From positions 47,678,001 to 47,742,000 of the forward strand of contig OZ024745.1 of assembly GCA_964016885.1 (NCBI GenBank): a stretch of DNA of 64,000 nt. The letters are read 5' to 3'. A model generated the notes under the pieces. The model was given only the letters and a program-made list of their open reading frames with translations. It did not search any database and was not told the DNA's origin. A program made the position numbers and the translations under genes. This document shows positions 17,024 to 29,458 of this stretch, one piece after another (position 1 is the first letter of the stretch; every line of letters begins with the position of its first letter). Source of the DNA: Eledone cirrhosa. Its lineage: Eukaryota.

Positions 17024-18133
17024 ATTTAGATGTATATAAGTGTGTTTGTATGATTTAGTTTACTCTAAGCATTTCACATCTTCTCAAGTGGTGTTTTATC
17101 TTCACCAACAATCTTTATCGTCCATTATGTAGCGTTGATCTGGTCTTCTTATTAAGACAAGTTTACACTCTCAGTAATGTCTTTCTAGGACATGGTTTTA
17201 TTGTTCTTTCACTCTTGTTCTTCTTAGAGACCATTATAACTCCAATATTTCATTATATTTGGTTTGTTCCATTATTATATAAAAAGCTATATAAAATATA
17301 AATGCATTACACACACACACACTGTTCAATATTTAAATGTGTGTGTGTGTTGGTTTGAATGGACAGAGGAAGGAATACTCAATACCATAGTAGTGTAGTA
17401 TTCCATTGAAGCTGATACAGTAAATTTGAAGTTACTCCAACAGCTGTGTGTGTGTGTGTAATACTGAACTATATGTATATTGTCACCATTTAACGCCCAT
17501 TTTTCCACACTGGTGTACGTTAGACGAGTTATCCCATTGTAAGACAAGTCAGATCAGATAATTGAGTCTTTACTCATGCAGAACTGTTTCTGGCTTCATT
17601 TCTACGGCTGGATGCCCTTCCTAACACATCTGAGTATAATATAAACTATATAAATAGATTACGATTGTGATCCTGTCCATGTAGATTAGGAACATGAGAG
17701 GTGACCAAACCACACAAACCAAACCACCATTATGGAGCAACGCGGGTGCATTTTTGTAGCACCGTCACTTGAGGTTATTGGCCATAGACCAATTGTAGAG
17801 CCATTTCTGCTTTGGGGAGGGAGATAGGTATGGTTGCAGGTGTATGTGGTGATTTGGCAGGACAATGAATAAGGGGTAGTGTGGCTGATTAGTGCATGGG
17901 GAGAGGAGAGTAGTGTTGTGAAGGATGTTGTCAATAGGTTGAGGATAAGGGGTAGGGGTAGCTGATTAATGAATGGAGAAGGCATGTATAAACCTATATG
18001 CACATTCAGCTATGTTTTATATGTCTAATATTAATGTAGTTTATTTTATATATGTATATAATGTATAATATGTGTATGTAAATATGCTTATGTAAAATAT
18101 TTGACATGCATATATACATATATATATATATAT

Positions 18134-18465
18134 GAAGGCGCATGGCTTAGTGGTTAGAGCATTGGCCTTGCAATTGAAAGGTTGTGAGTTCAATTCTCAG
18201 ACCGGGTGTTGTGTTGTTTCCTTGAGCAAGACACTTTATTTCACATTTCTCCAGTTTACTCAGCTGTAGAAATGAGATGATAGGACTGGGGTCCATATCA
18301 TTCCACTGCAAAGTGGTCGTGGAGGTGCCACAGCAAAAAAAAGCATGTAGCACTCACTGTAAATGAGGTTGGTGTTAGGAAGGGCATCCAGCTGTAGAAA
18401 TCAAGCCAGAATCAGTTCCCGTCCCACACTTGCAAGCAGGGAAAAGCGGACGTAAAATGATGATG

Positions 18466-18467
<2 letters not shown>
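18134..18467 (+). mobile_element. tRNA-derived SINE family A with RTE-like 3' end
   Basis: A box TGGCTTAGTGG, B box GAGTTCAATTC, 3' GGTGTTAGGAAGGGCATCCAGCTGTAGAAA...(GAT)n shared with the RTE. Confidence 0.85.
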
Positions 18468-18505
<38 letters not shown>

Positions 18506-18546
18506 TACAAATCAACGGTTTAAGCAAAGAATTTCTGCTTTCACCC

Positions 18547-18601
18547 AAAGTTTCAGATGATCCCACTTAGGGTGAAAGCAGAAATTCTTTGCTTAAATTT
18601 T
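18547..18601 (+). ncRNA. Type I hammerhead ribozyme fold, variant core CAGATGA
   Basis: AAAGTTT-CAGATGA-T-CCC(ACTTA)GGG-T-GAA-AGCAGA(AATTC)TTTGCT-T-AAATTTT; 7-bp stem I with one G-U. Confidence 0.65.
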
Positions 18602-18651
18602 AAATCTGTATTAATAATAAACATTTGCTCTACAGGTTTATATACACTTAT

Positions 18652-18928
18652 ATCATCATCATCACATCATCATTTTTAACGTCCGCTTTTCCCTGCTTGC
18701 AAGGGTGGGACGGGAACTGATTCTGGCTTGATTTCTACAGCTGGGTGCTTTTTTTGCTGTGGCACCTCCACGACCACTTTGCAGTGGAATGATACGGACC
18801 CCAGTCCCTATCATCTAATTTCTACAGCTGAGTAAACTGGAGCAATGTGAAATAAAGTGTCTTGCTCATGGAAACAACACATCACCCGGTCTGAGAATTG
18901 AACTCACAACCTTTCGATTGCAAGGCCA
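18652..18928 (-). mobile_element. SINE family A, 5'-truncated, internally deleted
   Basis: Reverse complement of most of 18163-18467. Confidence 0.85.
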
Positions 18929-18939
18929 TATATATATAC

Positions 18940-19275
18940 ACACCCCCGTCCCACTACCCCCACCCGATCCACACCACCCCCTTAAATGTGAAGTTATGTT
19001 GGTACCACAACATCCAGTCCGAAACAAATGAGGTCGTGTAGGTGTCACGACAAAAAAAACACAGTCCACGCTGTAATGTGGCCATGTAGGTAACACGGTA
19101 AAAACCTCCCAGTCCACACTGTAAACGTGGTTGGTGTTAGGAAGGGCATCCAGCCGTAGAAAACTCGCCAGACAGTCCTATACAAGCAGGGCAACAAATC
19201 TTGCCTCAAGTGGGAAAACTCCCGTCCAAACCCATGCAAGCGTGGAAGATGGACATTAAACGATGATGATGATGA
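18940..19275 (+). mobile_element. RTE 3'UTR fragment with (GAT)n tail
   Basis: Matches 8968-9320. Confidence 0.9.
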
Positions 19276-19782
19276 TATACATATATACCAACATAACTTT
19301 ATAGGGAAAGGATGGAGTAGGGGTAGTGGTTTGGGGTGTATGTTCGGTTTGGATGTGTGTATATTATATTATATGTATATATGTGTGTATATTATATGTA
19401 TATATGTGTGTATATTATATATATTATATGTGTGTATATTATATTATATATATAATGTTCCTTTTACACTCAAGTGTTCACACACATATGAACCATGAAT
19501 AATATTTGCTGATGTTGTACAACGTTGAACCTATCAATATAATGATTTTTGAAAGCACCCTGCAGACAAAGGTTTTGATTGTACTAGCTTCACCTGTGGA
19601 CTAGAGCCCTGTCCTTTCTGTCATTTGTGGCAGATGACTCATTGATTTTCCATCAGCTATTGTAATAGTATTTCTGAAAGTGACTTAAGCAAAGTTAATA
19701 GTATTTACTTAATGCTTGTTTAACTTGGTTTTTCTATCTTAAAAACTAAGGTAAATATATTATGTTGTTTAAAAAAAACAGA

Positions 19783-19970
19783 TTAACTCTTTAACCACCA
19801 ACTCACCCAAAACCTTTGTTTGAAATCTCATTATTACATACCAGATATTAGATGTCAGTAGTTAGATATTTGTCTTTTGTTATTGAGTGGAAAGTTAGTT
19901 ATTTCACTGAACCTAATTAAAACATAATGGCAGTATATTCTTGTTAGAAATATGGTCTCAAAAGGATTAA
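19783..19970. mobile_element. Degenerate TTAA-bounded MITE, family 2 (relatives near 27416, 32935, 47148, 60770)
   Basis: TTAACTCTTT...CCACCCAAAAC...TTAGAAATATGG...AAAGGATTAA pattern recurs in the window. Confidence 0.45.
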
Positions 19971-20407
19971 TAGCTACAAATAATTCCTGTAAATTCAATT
20001 ACTGTTGTCATTGTTGTTGCAGTTATTTAGCTTGCTTAACCATAATCTGATAAACCAATGATCACAGGCAGCCCAGTTGTGACTATCATGTCTTTTTATG
20101 GATATCTAAGACTATATTATCTAATGCTTTCTTTTATTTAAGTCAACAGGGTTGGGTTTTATGACTGTCAGATAGCCTCATCAATAGAAAGACCTATGCA
20201 AATCTAGTTTCCTAAAATTGGATTTTTGCTTAGTAAGATTTAGCTATTATTTCTAGCAGGATAAGAACCCATATCGTCTCCCTTCTTTCTTTTTTAATTT
20301 TGGGGGTTGAAATTATGAAATATATTCATTGTTTGAAACCTCATTTGAAACAAAATTTTCATGCTTTTTCATTTAAGATTATTAGATGAATTGCATTGAA
20401 AAAACAG

Positions 20408-20468
20408 ATGAACTCCAAAATGATGAGTAAAATTAGAAATGTCTTTGATAATAGGGCACCAGCAGAAA
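20408..20468 (+). CDS. Candidate first coding exon of the DEPDC7-like gene (MNSKMMSKIRNVFDNRAPAE)
   Basis: Preceded by acceptor tttttcatttaag (ends 20378); ends phase 1 at A|gtttgt, compatible with exon 35208. Weak donor, no homology support. Confidence 0.3.
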
Positions 20469-20939
20469 GTTTGTGTCCTTTAACTAGTTTTCATAACTAG
20501 GACATTTAACTGTAAAGGTTTAATTCCACCTATATATGAACAATTACATTAAACAACTACAGTACATCATTGAAAGTAACATAAGTACTATATAATCGGC
20601 ATGCGTTTTAACTTTTAGTGCTGAACTCAAATCTTAACTACACATGTATGTACAGCTTAATAAGTCTTTGTTGTAAAGTCAATAAACTTAATCACTCGCT
20701 GCTAGATTTATCTGATTAGGAAATGTTTATAAAATTACACTTTTAATATTGTGGACTGAGTGCTCTACTATTGTGAATATAACCCACCAATGTTCTGTCA
20801 CTAAGGCACCCGTTTTACGTGTGTTGTGTTGATGCAAATAACTGTGTATACTCTGGGAATGTATCTTACATTGCCCATGGAGTATGCTGAGATACAACCG
20901 GTACTGGCATTGATAAATATGCTGTGTCCGTCAACTCCT

Positions 20940-20976
<37 letters not shown>

Positions 20977-21189
20977 GTATTTAAACTACAAGTAATGGCT
21001 ATCTTTCTGAGAAAGAGAACTGAATACAGAGAGTAATGTTTTTATTGAGAGTATTTAAAAGTACAGTTTCTCAATGACTGACCAATTTCATCTCAGTGGG
21101 GAATAATAAACATATAAATATGCTACACAACTTATCTTTGTCTAACTTCATAAACATATATACAGGGTGTATTAAAATGAATGTAATAA

Positions 21190-21380
21190 TAATAATTGTT
21201 TCTACTTTTGGCACAAGGCCAACAATTACCCAGTACATTACTGGTACTTTATTTTATCGACCCTGTAAGGATGAAAGGCAAAGTTAACCTAGGCGGGATT
21301 TGAACTCCGAATGGAAAGGGCCGTAACTCTATGCGCCAAAGCATGGCGTCCGACCCTCTACCGATACTGCCAATCCACCA
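21190..21380 (-). mobile_element. tRNA-derived SINE family B (octopus-type)
   Basis: Matches the reverse complement of 54669-54860. Confidence 0.85.
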
Positions 21381-23056
21381 TGTATTAATAATAATAATAA
21401 TAATAATGGAAATTGTGTACAGTGCTCAGGTGTACTACATATATATATATAAACAGTTCTATATGAGCAAGACATGGTCACTTGACCCAACTTGCCTCTA
21501 ATGGGACAACCTGTCTATCCCATGCTAGCGTGGGAAATGGACGTTAAACAATGATATATATATATATATAATTACATTGACACAAAGCTCCGAATCTGTA
21601 AGGCATGGCTATAGTCAGGGGCCTCATTTGCCTTAAAAATGTGAGGGTGACAAACCAACATTTGTTGATTCTTAAAGGAGCATAAATTGCTTATGCTGCC
21701 TTTCCCGGGCCCTATCACATAAGTAAAATTTTACACTAATTAAATTTTATATATTCAAATGAAGTTCAGATATAAAAAAATAAGCTTAAAAAGAATTTAT
21801 ATCAAATGAACAAAAAATAAAACAGACGTTTTACCCCCCTGAAATAAGGCCCTTGGCTATAGTTAATTGATTTTGAAAGGATATAAAACAGAGCTGATCC
21901 TCTGGTGGGATTTGAACTCCAAAATATACAAGGTTGAAATTTAATATTGCACTCTGCCACTTGAATGCATGGTATAAATATTGACTGTTATTGGTAAACT
22001 GTAAAATAATTGTTTCTACTTTAGGCACAAGGCCAGCAATTACCCAGTGCATTACTGGTACTTTATTTTATCGACCCCATAAGGATGAAAAAGTCTCCCT
22101 TAATGAATATGAAGTCTATCATGAGGCATGGAAGACTAACCTCTGCTTTAGGAGTGGAAACCGACCTTAAAATGCTTGATGTTGCTTTTATTGCTGCTGC
22201 TGTTATAAAATACTTTACAAAAAAAAATCTTCATGTATTTATTTTACTGAGAATACAAATATTGGCTAGCTGTTTACTCAGCCATGTGTAGTGAAGTTAT
22301 TTTTGGAGACATTGTGAAATGAAATCAGAAATTTCTGTCCTTTAGTTCTAAGATGGTGTTAAACCTGTTTTGAAAATGATGGACATGATAAATATAGGAA
22401 ATCGTTTTTTTTTTACAATTTTACTCATTCCCAAAGATAGTTTCCTGTAGATTTACTTTGTTCAGGATTTAAAAATAAATGATGTAATGTCTATACATTA
22501 GTTCAAGTCACACTTCATGCTGATTAGATTAAAGGAGGATATTAAAGGTCAAAGTATGTAACACTGCTATTCCATTTAACTTATATCTTTGTTGCATAAG
22601 CTGTGAACTAAATTATTTTATTGGGGATTGAACTGTTATTGTGTCATTTAAAGGACAGATCATTTTGACTAACCAATGTATTTATTGAAATTATGAAAGA
22701 AACTATACCATTTCAAGACAAAAAGATCAAGAGTTTTTATTCAAAGTTGATGTTATATGCTGTCTTTAGTGAAAGGTGGTGAGGGTGGAAAAGATTTTGA
22801 GATACTATCAGTGACATGGAGATAAAATCATGTCGGAGGAGTTTACATGAGATTTATTAAAATGTCAGCTATCATTATCATCATAGGTGATGACAAAGAT
22901 ATTTAAAATTTTATATAACATTTTTATTGGTTGTAATTATTGTTGATATCATTGAACAATAAGAATAACATTTCTAACTTTCCATTTCACCCTTTTGTTA
23001 CTTTTAAAATACAATGTATTTCAATTCATTTTGAAGATGAGGAATTTGGAGAAATT

Positions 23057-25955
23057 TAATAATAATGATAATAATGAAATTATTGTGTAAAGTGCTCAGG
23101 TGCACTACAACTCGTCAAAGGTGCATGTATAGTACATAGAATAATATACAAATGTCAGTGAATAGTGTACGAGTCATGATATACATGTGTGTATGTGTAT
23201 GGAGGGGGAATATAAGGTGTAGTGTTGGAGAATCTCAGGAAGCATGGAAGTTTTAAAGGATGCAGTGTCTCGACAGCTAACAACTGATGCAGGTAGTTTG
23301 TTTCATGGTTCAGCAACTCTGAGCATGAAAAGATGTTTCCGAAAGTCATGGGAACTGTGCTGTTTTCTGACTTTGTGGGCATGCCCACGTGTTAGACATG
23401 TGGAAATCAAAAAGGTACTCAGGGTTGTTGTTGGCAAGAGGGTTAATGATTTTGTGGGTGTTTACCAAGTCAGTTGCCAGATGTCAGAGCTTCAATGTAT
23501 CCATGCCCAGGGAAGCAAGGCATTCAGAGTATGGTAGATGCCTGATGGAGGGTATTCACTTGGTTGCACATCTCTGAACAGTTTCCAGGCGGTCAATGTT
23601 CTGAGCAAGATAGGGGTTGCAGACTGGTGATGCAAATTCTAAGTGTAGCCGCACCATAGCTATGTACAGCTTTAAATAGATAGCTGGAGAGCGGCTGACA
23701 AAGGTCTTGCTGAGTGATGCTAAGACACCCGCGGCCTTCTTAACAATTTTAGAGACGTGCTTCGTCCAACGCAAATCGCTGCTGAGAGTAATGCCCAGGT
23801 CACGTTCACAAGAAGTCTTCTTGATATTAGTGTTGTGGAGGGAGTATGTGGACGCTGGGTTTTTACTCCCAAAATGCATGGTGGTGTACTTGTCCACAGC
23901 TAGCTTGAGTTTCCAGTCTGTGATCCATTGTTGCATTGTGTCCAGGTCAGACTGCAAGCAAGATCTATAGTGTTCAGGATCTGTCCTTTTTATCTCAAGA
24001 TACAGCTTGATGTCATCTGCATATTTCAGTACTGTGGCATTCTTTAAGTTGGCATCTATGTCATCAATATATGCCACAAACAAAAGAGGGCCAAGAACAG
24101 ATCCCTGTGGTACACCAGATGACATCTCATACGGTGAGGAATGCTGTCCTAGAACCGTGACTACCTCTCTTCGACTGAGAATGAAGGACTTCAACCAGTT
24201 AAAAAGATCATCCTTCACACCCATTGCAGAGAGTTTTGCCATAAGTCTTTTGTGTGGCACAGAACTGAAAGCTTTAGCAAAGTCAAGGTAAACAACATCC
24301 ACCCATGAACCGCCATCAGTGATCCGGGTGATGTCTTCAAGAAACTCGATAAGTTGATCACAGCAGCTGGGGTTAGGGATAAATCCAAATTGCGAGGGCT
24401 GGGTAAGATTGTGAGAGTTCCAGAAATTCCAAAGTTTTTCTCTGACACAGGATTCCATCAGTTTGGCAATGCAGCTAGTAAGACTGACTGAATGATAGAC
24501 TGAATGATGTGCGGTCACCATTTTTGAACAGAGGAATGACACTGGCAGTTTTCCACTGTTCTGGAGTAACACCGTTTTTCAGACAGAATTGGAAGAAGCA
24601 TGATAGCTGGTGCTGAAGGAAGTACCCACCACGTTTGAGAAGCAGGTATGTAACACCATCAAGACCAGGAGAGGCATGGATGCATTTATTTTTAAGGTGA
24701 CATCGTAGCATTGCAGGTGTAAATTCCATAGTTGTAATAGAATCCGGTGTCATAGGTGGTGGAGACGGTACACTCTGGTCTTCAATAGTGAAAATGCATG
24801 CATAGCATTCAGCAATGAGCTCTGCGCATTCCTTGGGGTCATCAGTAACCTGGCTTGTGTGGGGATTGCGAAGAGGACCAACTGGAGAGTGAGGCCTCTG
24901 CTTTGAGTGAACATACTTCCAGAACACCTTACTGTCAGGGCTGGTTGCTATGCGCTGCTCAAATTGAAGCACTGCCTTTTTTGTCACCTGTTTGAGATGG
25001 TTGGATGATTTATTTCGCCTCTTCCTATTGATATCTGATTTATGCAGTTTGTACTCGCACGTTCAGCATTGCAACATTCTTTTCTGGCAAGACGGACTGC
25101 TGCAGTCTCCCAAATTGCACTTTTGAGATGTTTTTTCTGCTTATGTGGCACCGATGCTGCACATGCTGTCCATATTGAGCTCAGGATGTTCTGGAGTACA
25201 GTGTTGACATCTCCAGAGTTGTAGAACTCAAGCCAGTTTGGACGTAACTCGGTGCAGTAACAGTTCGTCTGCTTTATTCCAGTCAAAGTGAGCAGTTTGG
25301 AGATGGTTGTGGTTCTTGTTACTGCCCATGAGGGATAGATTGGCAATGATCATAGCATGATCAGAATCACCTAAAGGTTCCTCAGCAGTAACACTAATAA
25401 CTATTTCATGAGTAGTGGTGAAGAGTAGGTCCAAAGTGTTGTCACCTCTTATTGGGGAAGTGACCACTTGGGACCAATTCGAGTCCAGGACTAGCTCAAG
25501 GAAGTCATTTGCACTTGGCGGCCAACGAAAGGTTTCCCAGTCAATCTCAGGGTGATTGAAGTCCCCTGCAATAAAAACATAAGTGGCTGTTTTCCCGGCA
25601 GCAACTCTGAGGATATCACAAAGTTGAGTGTCCTGATGGTAATTTGGGGGACGGTAAATGACTCCAAGTAGCAGTGTTGACATGATCATACATATATCGC
25701 AGAAAAATACTTCCTGCTGCGATTGGTTCAAATCAACACAAGGAATTGCCAACAAATTTGATCGAATGTAGACCATTACACCACCACCACAATGATTAAT
25801 GCGCTCTTTATGAAACAAGTTGTAGCCAGTTATGCTGAAAACCCCATCACAGAGTAAGGAATGTGCCCAAGTTTCCATGACTGTAATGAAGTCAGGGTTG
25901 ATACTTTTGATGTAGGAGTCAAAAAGATGAATCTTATTGCATAGACTACGTGCAG
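23057..25955 (-). mobile_element. CR1/L2-group LINE, endonuclease + RT, decayed; same family as 14971-17023
   Basis: ARSLCNK..VMETW, GVIYRPP, AGDFNHPEIDW, LDLLF, SDHAM; RT YLDFAKAF and YADD; same 3' stem-loop and ATT tail. Confidence 0.92.
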
Positions 25956-26497
25956 TAATATAATTTAGTAATATAATATTCTTGTTGAGCTAGTATTTGG
26001 AACACAACTTAAAGATTCTTACATAAAATTAATAGATTTTTAGATAAATACACTTTAAAAGCCAACTTTGTATTGTAGTACCATTTTCGCTTCCATAAGT
26101 ATACATAAGTATACATAAGTATACAAAAATAAGTCAAAATAAAGCTTTCTTACAGTGAGGGAGGAGTAATAGTTATCTACTAAAAGAATATTTAACTTTA
26201 TTCAAAATGAACTTGAAAGATATATGAAGATATTTGAACTATAATTTAGCTGTAGGTTTTCAATCTTACACATTGGTATGAATTTTTTAACAATGTGTTC
26301 TAAAGCTAGGTTTTTCTAGTGTAAACTTGTATATGAAAAGTATATCTTCATTGCAGTAAAATACCTTCTTTCATGACAACCATTGTGATACAAAACCAGC
26401 TGAAGTCTTAGTTCTGTGATACAAAACTGTTTTAAAATGTTTACATTTTATCTAAAAACCTTTTAAGTTCTGCTGAAAACACCAGATAAAGTTAGTT

Positions 26498-27197
26498 ATG
26501 GCATATACTCGAATATAAGCTGTCTCCTAATTTATGTCTAAGAAATGGGCAAAAATCTAACTCCATGAGTGGAAAATATATTTAAAACATTTTAAATATC
26601 AAAATATCAAAACTTTATAAGTGTCATTTAGAGTATAGTTTTTGTTCCACAACTCCAATGCATAATGATTTTTTACTATTTCATCCATTTTATAAATTTT
26701 CAACAAGTTTCAAAAGTTTCTCAAATTTGTGTTTACTTCCGGCCACTTACATACTGGGAGTAGTTAAAAACAAGAGATCAGATAAGAGGACATTGAATAT
26801 GGATTCATAGAACAGAAGAGGGCAGCAGTGACATAGTGAGAGAAAGGAGTCAGTGAGAAAAAGAGAGGGCAAAACTGAGAGAAGAGAGAGATAGCAACAT
26901 AATACAAGTAAGATTGAAAGTAAAAATATAATTCAGAGGAAAACTGTGCATGCGTGTATGATTGTATAGGGGATATTTATGTATCAAAATATTCAAATAA
27001 ACAATGTAGTAAATATAGAAAAACAGTTCCGTTGTAAAATAATCATTCCAGACATTTTGGCACCTTATTTATGTAGAATTTAAAAATGGTTAAAATTGTC
27101 AAAATATTGACCCTAAATATAGCCAAACCTCCATTTTAGCAATGATTTTTTTTTTTTTGTCACTATTTCTCGGCTTATATATTAGTATATATGGTAT
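26498..27197. mobile_element. Degenerate Tc1/pogo-like MITE
   Basis: Imperfect terminal inverted repeats CATATACTCGAATATAAGC and GCTTATATATTAGTATATATGGTA. Confidence 0.45.
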
Positions 27198-28166
27198 ATT
27201 ACTAATTCCCATTATTTTCAAAATGATTTGGAAATTACTGACAGTATCTATTATCTATTATTAGAAATATTGTAATGAAAGTATTAAGACAGTAGCATTC
27301 ATGACAAAAGTCACTTAAATGTGTTAACCTTTTTGATACCAAAATGCTTGAAATTGCTTCTTCTTCCACAATGTGAAACTGTCTATTTTAAAATGTCTTT
27401 CATATAATTCTGTCTTAACCCTTTTGATACCAACCTGGCCAAAATTGACTCTAGTTTTATAAAACAAAACCAGCCATTCTAAAAGGGTTTTTATTTAAAT
27501 TAAAATCTTCCAACATATTTTTCTATGAGAATCAAATGTTAAGTTACTATCTTAGTAATGAAATAACAGTTTTAGTAATTAATTGAATTGTTTCATTAAT
27601 TAATTGAAATAGTGAATTTCACTAGAAATTTAATCATTTAAGCAACTGGAATATTGATTGTTTATCTGTTTGTAACTTGGTTCATGAAACCTGTATCTAT
27701 CAGGAAGTATTTACATATGGGTTGGCTGATCCACTACATTGTTGTCCAGCCCAGTGTGAGCTGTATGTTTTACTGATGTAGGTCATTTTGTACAGGGTGA
27801 AGGTGGCTTATGTGTGTGTTGTCAATCAAGAAGTAAATATGTGTATACACATTGAGTAAATTACTGTAATATAAATGAAGGGCTTCTAAAGAGGAATAAC
27901 ATGTTCAAGGTGAGTCACTTAATGTCATGTGGAGTATGTGTAAGCTGACACTAAAGAACATGTGCTTGAATAGAATCAAGTATTTCTCTTCAAACTGCTG
28001 TCCAGGGATTGATCAAGTAGCTGTTAGTTTGAATTAGTTAATCTATCCATGTTTCTGTTGGATATGAAATGATATCTAAATGTTCAAGAGTTTTAATTTA
28101 AAAGAATTGGATTACAATTGGCATCAGTGTGATATATCTCACAATGATGCCAAACATAATCCAGTC

Positions 28167-28207
<41 letters not shown>

Positions 28208-28209
<2 letters not shown>

Positions 28210-28758
28210 CGGCGATAAATTAGTTTTGCGAGGTTTTTGATATGAAATCGTGTGTCGAAACAAATATTGTTATACTTGGGGAGGGTCATATTTGTGTAAT
28301 AATATTGCCAGAATTAATAACAGAACACACTCACTGTTTGGTTGGTTTTCGCTTCTGTGTCTTTTATATCAGTTAATTTAATTTATTCGGTCCTCAATGT
28401 TGCCATTGACTGACCAACGGTCAAAAATACAGATACAATATAGACACAAACACATATATATAGTCTATCAAAGTTCTTTCGTTGCACATCTGCAACATCG
28501 TCAGTGGTGCTATTATGTTTCCTCTCGTTGCATTGTATGCTTACGCCATCTTTATTTAGTTATTTATTTATTTATTTATTTGTTTTTGTTTTTTTGTCTT
28601 CTCTGCGTTTGCGTGTGTGTAGTGTTTTGTTTGATGTGTGTTCTTGTTTGGGTGACTGTGTATTGGTTAATGTATTCTATCTATTCAGTGAGTGTGTTCT
28701 GTTATTAATTCTGGCAATATTATTACACAAATATGACCCTCCCCAAGTATAACAATAT
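28208..28758 (-). mobile_element. Non-coding Penelope-type module between (TA)n tracts, with a perfect 73-bp inverted repeat and an internal hammerhead
   Basis: 28264-28336 is the exact reverse complement of 28686-28758. Confidence 0.65.
28462..28512 (-). ncRNA. Minimal type I hammerhead ribozyme, canonical core CTGACGA
   Basis: Minus strand: AGCACCA-CTGACGA-T-GTTGCA(GATG)TGCAAC-GAA-AGAACT-T-TGATAG; near-palindromic stem III, imperfect stem I. Confidence 0.75.
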
Positions 28759-28772
28759 ATATATATATATAT

Positions 28773-29122
28773 GGAGGCACATGGCTTAGTGGTTAGAGCA
28801 TTGGCCTTGCAATCGAAAGGTTGTGAGTTCATTTCTCAGACCGGGTGATGTGTTGTTTCCTTGAGCAAGGCACTTTATTTCACATTGCTCCAGTTTACTC
28901 AGCTGTAGAAATGAGATGATAGGGACTAGGGTCCCTATCATTCCACTGCAAAGTCGTTGTGGAGGTGCCACGGCAAAAGAAAAGGCACCCAGCACTCACT
29001 GTAAAGGAGGTTGGTGTTAGGAAGGGCATCCAGCTGTAAAAATCAAGCCAGAATCAGTTCCCGTCGCACCCTTGCAAGCAGGGAAAAGTGGATGTAAAAT
29101 GAAATGATGATGATAAAATGAT
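28773..29122 (+). mobile_element. SINE family A, full length, within (TA)n
   Basis: Matches 18134-18467. Confidence 0.88.
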
Positions 29123-29458
29123 ATATATATATATAATCAAATTAATATATATTGTCAACTGAATAGCTATCAATATATTTATGTTGAGAGGAAGATAGTG
29201 TAAGGGGGAAGATATTTAATCAAGTGGGCAAGTGTGTATAGTAATTGATGTATTATTTTTCCATAAGTTGTCATTTACTTTTCTGTTAATTGCTTAGTCA
29301 GAGAAAGAATGGCAGTGCAGTTATACCTTTTCAGGGCCTTTAAGACTGTTGAGGAAAACATTATCCTTAAATTTGAGATATACTATTCATACTTCCTAGT
29401 GTATATTGCTTCTATTTTTAGGTTACATAATTACATATATCAATATCAGATTACACAA

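Noticed and set aside
17063-17106. GTGAAGAT...GAAATGCTTA on - with possible GIY-YIG debris upstream
   Set aside because: Too degenerate; stems unconvincing.
18134-18205. tRNA gene
   Set aside because: It is the tRNA-derived head of a multi-copy SINE, with no complete cloverleaf.
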